Shown piece after piece: positions 62,001 through 64,000 of a DNA stretch of 64,000 nucleotides (position 1 is its first letter; the number at the start of each line of letters is the position of its first letter). This stretch comes from Acidobacteriota bacterium (lineage in GTDB: Bacteria > Acidobacteriota > Thermoanaerobaculia > Gp7-AA8). The notes beneath the pieces were generated by a model. The model was not told the origin of the DNA, made no database searches, and worked only from the letters and a program-made list of their open reading frames with translations. The stretch covers positions 544,001 to 608,000 of the forward strand of contig JAFATB010000014.1 of assembly GCA_019244185.1 (NCBI GenBank). Reading direction: 5' to 3'. A program made the position numbers and the translations under genes.

Positions 62001-64000
62001 GTCGGCGGCGCGGGTCTCATCATGACGAACGTCACCGGTGACCTCAGCTTCAACGATCTCGACATCGTGGCCGACAACGGCACGGCGCTGCGCGCCACCA
62101 GCGGCGCCACGTTCAATTCCGGCGCCGGCGCCGGCTTCCAGATCGCGGTCACGTCCGGCGCGGGCACGATGACGTCCACGAACGGAGCCGCGGTCGACCT
62201 CACGACCGTCACGGCGTCGCTGCCGCTCGGCGTCATCAGCAGCACCACCAGCACGGGCACGGGCGTCAACCTCGACACCGTCCTCGGCACGTTCTCCGCG
62301 GCCTCCGGCAGCGCGATCAGCAACGCCACCGGCACCGACTTCAACATCAACGCCGGCAACGCCAACGTGACGTACAACGGCACGATCACCGATACCAGCG
62401 GCCGCGTCGTCGCGATTGCGAGCTCCACCGGCGGCACCAAGCAGTTCACCGGCGCGATCACGAACAACGGCGGCACCGGCATCTCGCTCACGAACAATAC
62501 CGGTACGACGATGACCTTCAACGGCGGCGTCGTCCTGTCGACCGGCTCGAGCGACGCCTTCACGGCGACGGGCGGCGGTACGGTGAGCGTCTGCGACGAG
62601 GCGGCCTGCAACGCGGCCGTGGGCGGCGCGCTGGTCAACACGTTGACCACCACGACGGGCATCGCGCTCAACGTCGCCAACACCACCATCGGCGCCGGCG
62701 GCCTCGAGTTCCGCAGCATCAACGCGGGCACGGCCGCCAGCGGTCCGGCCAGCGGCATCATCCTGAACACCACCGGCGCCACCGCGGGGCTCACCGTGCG
62801 CGCGAACGGCGGTACCTGCAGCAGCGCGGGTACGTGCACGGGCGGTGCGATTCAGCACACCACCAGTCACGGCATCTCGCTCAACAGCACGCTCTCGCCG
62901 ACGTTCGACCGCATGTTCATCGACACCACCGGCGGCAGCGGCGTCAACGGCCAGACGGTGACGAACTTCACCTTCACCAACGGCGTGATCAGCAACTCCG
63001 GCAACGCCCTCGGCGAGTCGAACATCGCGTTCAACGGCAGCGGCGCGCTGTCGGGCAACAACATCTCCGGCACGCTCACCGTCACCAACAGCACGCTGAC
63101 GAATGCGTTCGACGACGGCATCGACGTCACCAACGACGCGGGCACGATCTCCAATGCGGTGATCACCGGCAACACGCTGACCAGCACCACCAGCTCGGCC
63201 ACGTCGCAGAACGACGCGATTCACCTCATCGGCATCGGCAACGGCACCACCGCCTCCTCGCTCACCAAGGCCACCATCGACAGCAACACCATCCGCAACT
63301 TCCCCGGCGGCGGTGGCATCCAGGTGAGCTATGGCAACGCCAGCGTGACCGGACCGGGCGGCTCTGCCGGTACGGCGGGTAACGCGACGAACATCATCAA
63401 CATCACCAACAACACGGTGCAGGGTCAGAGCGCGGCCGCCCGCATGAACACCAGCGCGATCATGATCCAGATCAACGGCGGCAACTCCGGCAACCGCTCG
63501 CAGGGCAACTTCAACGTGTCGAACAACGGCACGGTTGCGAACCCGCTCGGCAACACGGACGGCACGGTCATCCTCGTCGGCAACAACGGCTACGCGACGA
63601 TGACCGGCACGATCAGCGGCAACCGCATCGTCGCCAACAACACCGTCGCGTCGAACGGCATCGGCGGCGGCAACGGCGTGAGCGTCGGTACGTCGGACAC
63701 CCCGCTGCTCACGCTGACGGTGAGCAGCAACAACATCAGCGCCACGGACGGCAACGGCATTCTGCTCGTCAGCCGCGGCGTGACCGGCCAGGCCAACCTG
63801 ACCATCACCAGCAACACCGTCGCCGCGCCGCTCAGCGGCAATCGCGAAGGCATCCGCGTGGATGCGGGCAACGCCGCTTCGGTCGACGACGCGGTCTGCC
63901 TCGACATCCGCAGCAACACCAGCGCCGGCAGCGGCGTGGCCACGGGTATCGGTCTGCGCAAGCAGGGCACGAGCAGCACCGTCAACGACTTCGGCATCGA
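53052..64000 (+). CDS. Giant repetitive secreted adhesin (>3600 aa, 3' truncated by the window)
   Basis: RBS AAGGA; signal peptide MMALRRLRLALILSAIVWVPLAHA; Ig-like/tandem-95 (GVLANDxD..DGSFTY) and cadherin-like domains, 13 tandem repeats, then a beta-helix region. Frame is consistent at 55200, 60000 and 63960; it is missing from the ORF track, presumably because it has no stop in the window. Confidence 0.92.
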   Translation, partial: MMALRRLRLALILSAIVWVPLAHAATSDYRVLIDADNNAATGCFVGAIPGIDQVLTTRVTTTDTDGSVTLTQRQVCSTGVLGAPITISTTPWPAGFNASSGSLLIETRIPYSAFSGGVAPEVMHLYFDGTLGVANQIVTTKPNGDPILYPTAPAGRRHSVHVGDPRMITLDGLATDWGMISPLVEGLASGGTQALRLIKIYAFSNPNDGFIYFRFDANISTNSPFAADDTYSRAHGAGLTVPAPGVLANDGDPNGAPLTASPVGSPARGTVTLNPDGSFTYAPDDPTSNTADSFDYKASNGSKDSNVAHVTIKVSTSTNTAPHANADSYSTTEDVPLVVPPPGVLANDHDDESDPLTVTLGANATHGDVVLQANGGFTYTPDANYFGADSFTYTVSDGHATATATVTIAVTSVNDPPKVTDAAFSIPENSPNGTAVGTVHVTDNDVADSHTFSITAGNTGNAFAINATSGAITVANTTALNFETTPSFTLTVHVVDNGVPNKSDNGTVTITLTDVNDKPVAQPDSYTIGEDGTLTVPAPGVLANDSDQDAGTTLTAVQNVAPLHAASFALNADGSFTYVPAANYNGTDSFSYHAHDGSLDSDVVLVTITITPVNDTPSFTGSGDVSSPEDVAYSATWATAISKGPSDENAQTLTFNVSNDANALFSVQPAIAADGTLTFTPAPNAVGLAHVTVTLSDNGDGANTSAPVNFTINITAVNDAPVLTAGGASPAFTEDGAPVAIDPSISVSDVDDANLESATITITNLLDSGSETLAANTAGTSITAVYSAPTLTLSGSDTLANYQQVLRSITYANSAQDPNTTARSISIVVNDGDVNSNTVTKTMSVTAVNDAPVVTTSGGTTAFVEDSAAVVVDNALTITDVDSTTLTGATVTISNLLDSGAETLAAPTLVGGVTAVYVAPTLTFTGTATLAQYETMLRAVTYNDAANAPNTTARIISFQVNDGAAANNLSNVATKNVSVTPTNDAPVLVAGHTVAYTENGSPVTLEPALTITDPDSATMQSAAVLVSGNAGAGDVLACPACGTTVPGITAIFSSGTLQLSGVDTLANYQTALRSVTYANASDAPSTAQRGIDWFVTDAGGLQSQDDAQNDTLVNVTAVNDAPVVTTSGGTTAFVEDAGPVAVDSGLTVTDVDSTTLTGATVTITNVLDGAAEALAAPSLLGGVTASYNAGVLTLSGTTTLANYQAMLRAVTYDNASDTPATTSRTIAFQVNDGGAVNNLSTVANQTVSVTPTNDAPVVTTTGTTSAFTEDGSPVAVDGGVTISDVDSANLTGATVTITNLLDSGAETLAAPTLLGGVTASYVAPTLTLTGTATLAQYQTMLRAVTYTNSSNDPTTTTRVISFQVNDGGAVNNLSNTATKNVSITASNDASVVTTSGGTSAFVEDSPAVVVDGSVSVTDIDSTTLTGATVTITNLLDGSAESLAAPTLLGGVTASYNAGTLTFSGTTSLANYQTMLRAVTYDNSSNAPSTTARVIAFQVNDGGAVNNLSNVANKSVSVTATNDAPVVTPTGTTTPFTEDGGAVAVDSGVSVSDVDSANLTSATVTITNLLDSGAETLAAPTLLGGVTASYVAPTLTLTGTATVAQYQTMLRAVTYNNSSNNPTTTTRVLNFQVNDGGAVNNLSNVGAKNVSITAVNDAPVVTTTGGSSAFVEDSPAVAVDNGLTITDIDSTNLTGATVTITNLLDGVAESLTATSLVGGVTANYVGGVLTFTGTTSLANYQSMLRAVTYNNTSNTPNVTARVIAFQVNDGGAANNLSNVATKTVSVTATNDAPVVTTTAAITSFTEGAGAVAIDSLVAVTDVDSPTLGSAVITITNLQDAGLETLAAPTLLGGVTASYVAPTLTLTGTATVAQYQTMLQAITYNNSSNAPNTTNRSVSYQVNDGSANSNVATKTVSVTSVNSVPVVTTSAGTSAFVEDAAPVVVDAGVTVTDPDTATLASATVTIANLLDSGAETLAAPTLLGGVTASYVAPTLTLTGTATLAQYQTMLRAVTYNNASNTPNVTVRTINFQVDDGQSTNHQSAVASKSVSVTPSNDAPVVTTSGGTAAFTEDGGAVAVDNGVTVTDVDSGTLASATITITNLLDSGAETLAAPTLLGGATASYVAPTLTITGVTTLSNYQTMLRAVTYNNTSQNPNGTTRTISFTVNDGAANSNTATRGVTVASVNDAPVVTTSGGTSAFVEDSPAIAVDNALTVTDVDSANLTGATVTITNLLDAGAETLAAPTLLAGATASYVAPTLTISGTATLAQYQTMLRAVTYNNSSNTPSTTNRSISFQVNDGAGVNNLSNVASKTVSITPTNDPPVLTVSGSLSYTENQAPAALGVTASVTDVDSTNITSATVTISAGFQSGADVLGFTTQNGITGNYVAPTLTLSGSATLAQYAAALQSVTYQNTSDDPTTAARTVTFQVNDGSANSNTQTSTISVTATNDPPVNNVPTNAQSVNEDTPLTFTGAGNIVSITDPDAQSGNISVEIKTTNGTTTIVTPTGLTFAPPAGNGTADYTISGTLANVNASLATLRFNPTADFPFAAASGTASIQLITTDNGNTPAPAKGDDDTFNITVNQVNDPPTAGSDTFDTIGNTELRVDIGVAGTTPNVVKTSVTTLKGVLGNDSDNPNENNPFTVTSIVGCADMSNCTLASGSIVSMNSNGTFTFKPSPTIPTGAPASDTFQYVITDQPAGGTPQTATGTVTIHIFDKVWYVKEGGTGNGRSDSPLGAFTTLNGAGGAGDVDAAGDYIFVQRNSTNPVNGPIELEANQHLLGEGVGLSIPRALNGNASPVNLVAAGTKPPIASASDAVQIKAAMPVEVRGLDISASGGNDVDLTATGAFSGSPTLTISDNVFTTASAEDVDVNAGATGTLGLTIQNNSWGTGAHGNNGIDIRTTAANTLNLLVANNTGIGVTGTGILIDGSGATVTITDFSSNTITGATGGTGISINNAKFDQTPTGGFQAVSGGTTTIGVTGNGVGGAGLIMTNVTGDLSFNDLDIVADNGTALRATSGATFNSGAGAGFQIAVTSGAGTMTSTNGAAVDLTTVTASLPLGVISSTTSTGTGVNLDTVLGTFSAASGSAISNATGTDFNINAGNANVTYNGTITDTSGRVVAIASSTGGTKQFTGAITNNGGTGISLTNNTGTTMTFNGGVVLSTGSSDAFTATGGGTVSVCDEAACNAAVGGALVNTLTTTTGIALNVANTTIGAGGLEFRSINAGTAASGPASGIILNTTGATAGLTVRANGGTCSSAGTCTGGAIQHTTSHGISLNSTLSPTFDRMFIDTTGGSGVNGQTVTNFTFTNGVISNSGNALGESNIAFNGSGALSGNNISGTLTVTNSTLTNAFDDGIDVTNDAGTISNAVITGNTLTSTTSSATSQNDAIHLIGIGNGTTASSLTKATIDSNTIRNFPGGGGIQVSYGNASVTGPGGSAGTAGNATNIINITNNTVQGQSAAARMNTSAIMIQINGGNSGNRSQGNFNVSNNGTVANPLGNTDGTVILVGNNGYATMTGTISGNRIVANNTVASNGIGGGNGVSVGTSDTPLLTLTVSSNNISATDGNGILLVSRGVTGQANLTITSNTVAAPLSGNREGIRVDAGNAASVDDAVCLDIRSNTSAGSGVATGIGLRKQGTSSTVNDFGI
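55203..60392 (+). repeat. 13 tandem ~400-bp (129-136 aa) coding repeats
   Basis: NDAP-type starts at 55203, 55596, 55998, 56406, 56808, 57210, 57612, 58014, 58416, 58809, 59211, 59604 and 60006. Confidence 0.9.

Noticed and set aside
53070-63224. Long minus-strand ORFs (985, 1534 and 659 aa) and similar antisense ORFs over infB, pnp, the E1 gene, fdnG and the 2097-aa gene
   Set aside because: These are shadow ORFs caused by high-GC codon bias opposite well-supported genes; they are Arg-rich with no recognisable motifs.

Overview
A high-GC bacterial chromosomal window. Gene content and the surface-protein families suggest Acidobacteriota, possibly Thermoanaerobaculia; this is an inference. 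The housekeeping core is rimP-nusA-infB-DUF503-rbfA-nrnA-(TetR cassette)-truB-(MntA/HepT toxin-antitoxin pair)-rpsO-pnp, plus rluD, a phosphohexomutase, a fused 2-oxoacid dehydrogenase E1 and ridA. A formate dehydrogenase alpha gene is split in the ORF track but is really one selenoprotein: it has an in-frame UGA at 32059 followed by a SECIS hairpin. The right third is a surface/adhesion region containing a 2097-aa DUF11 protein, a matrixin-like protease, a GAF-PAS-PAS-GGDEF-EAL protein and a >3600-aa repetitive adhesin (53052 to the window end, absent from the ORF track). The most notable signal is a short basic tail with no TM helix, [RKH]-x-R-[AS]-V-[RH]-(H)-stop, that ends four secreted proteins and recurs internally (GRRHSVH) in the giant adhesin. 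It is a candidate undescribed sorting or surface-display signal. A ~230-aa module is also shared between a stand-alone secreted protein and the C-terminus of the 2097-aa protein. Other signals are TAnnnT boxes 6-10 nt before many start codons (leaderless-type), heptamer-built hairpins abutting start codons, and a tandem duplication in the NusA N-terminal domain. I saw no rRNA, tRNA, CRISPR array or transposase.
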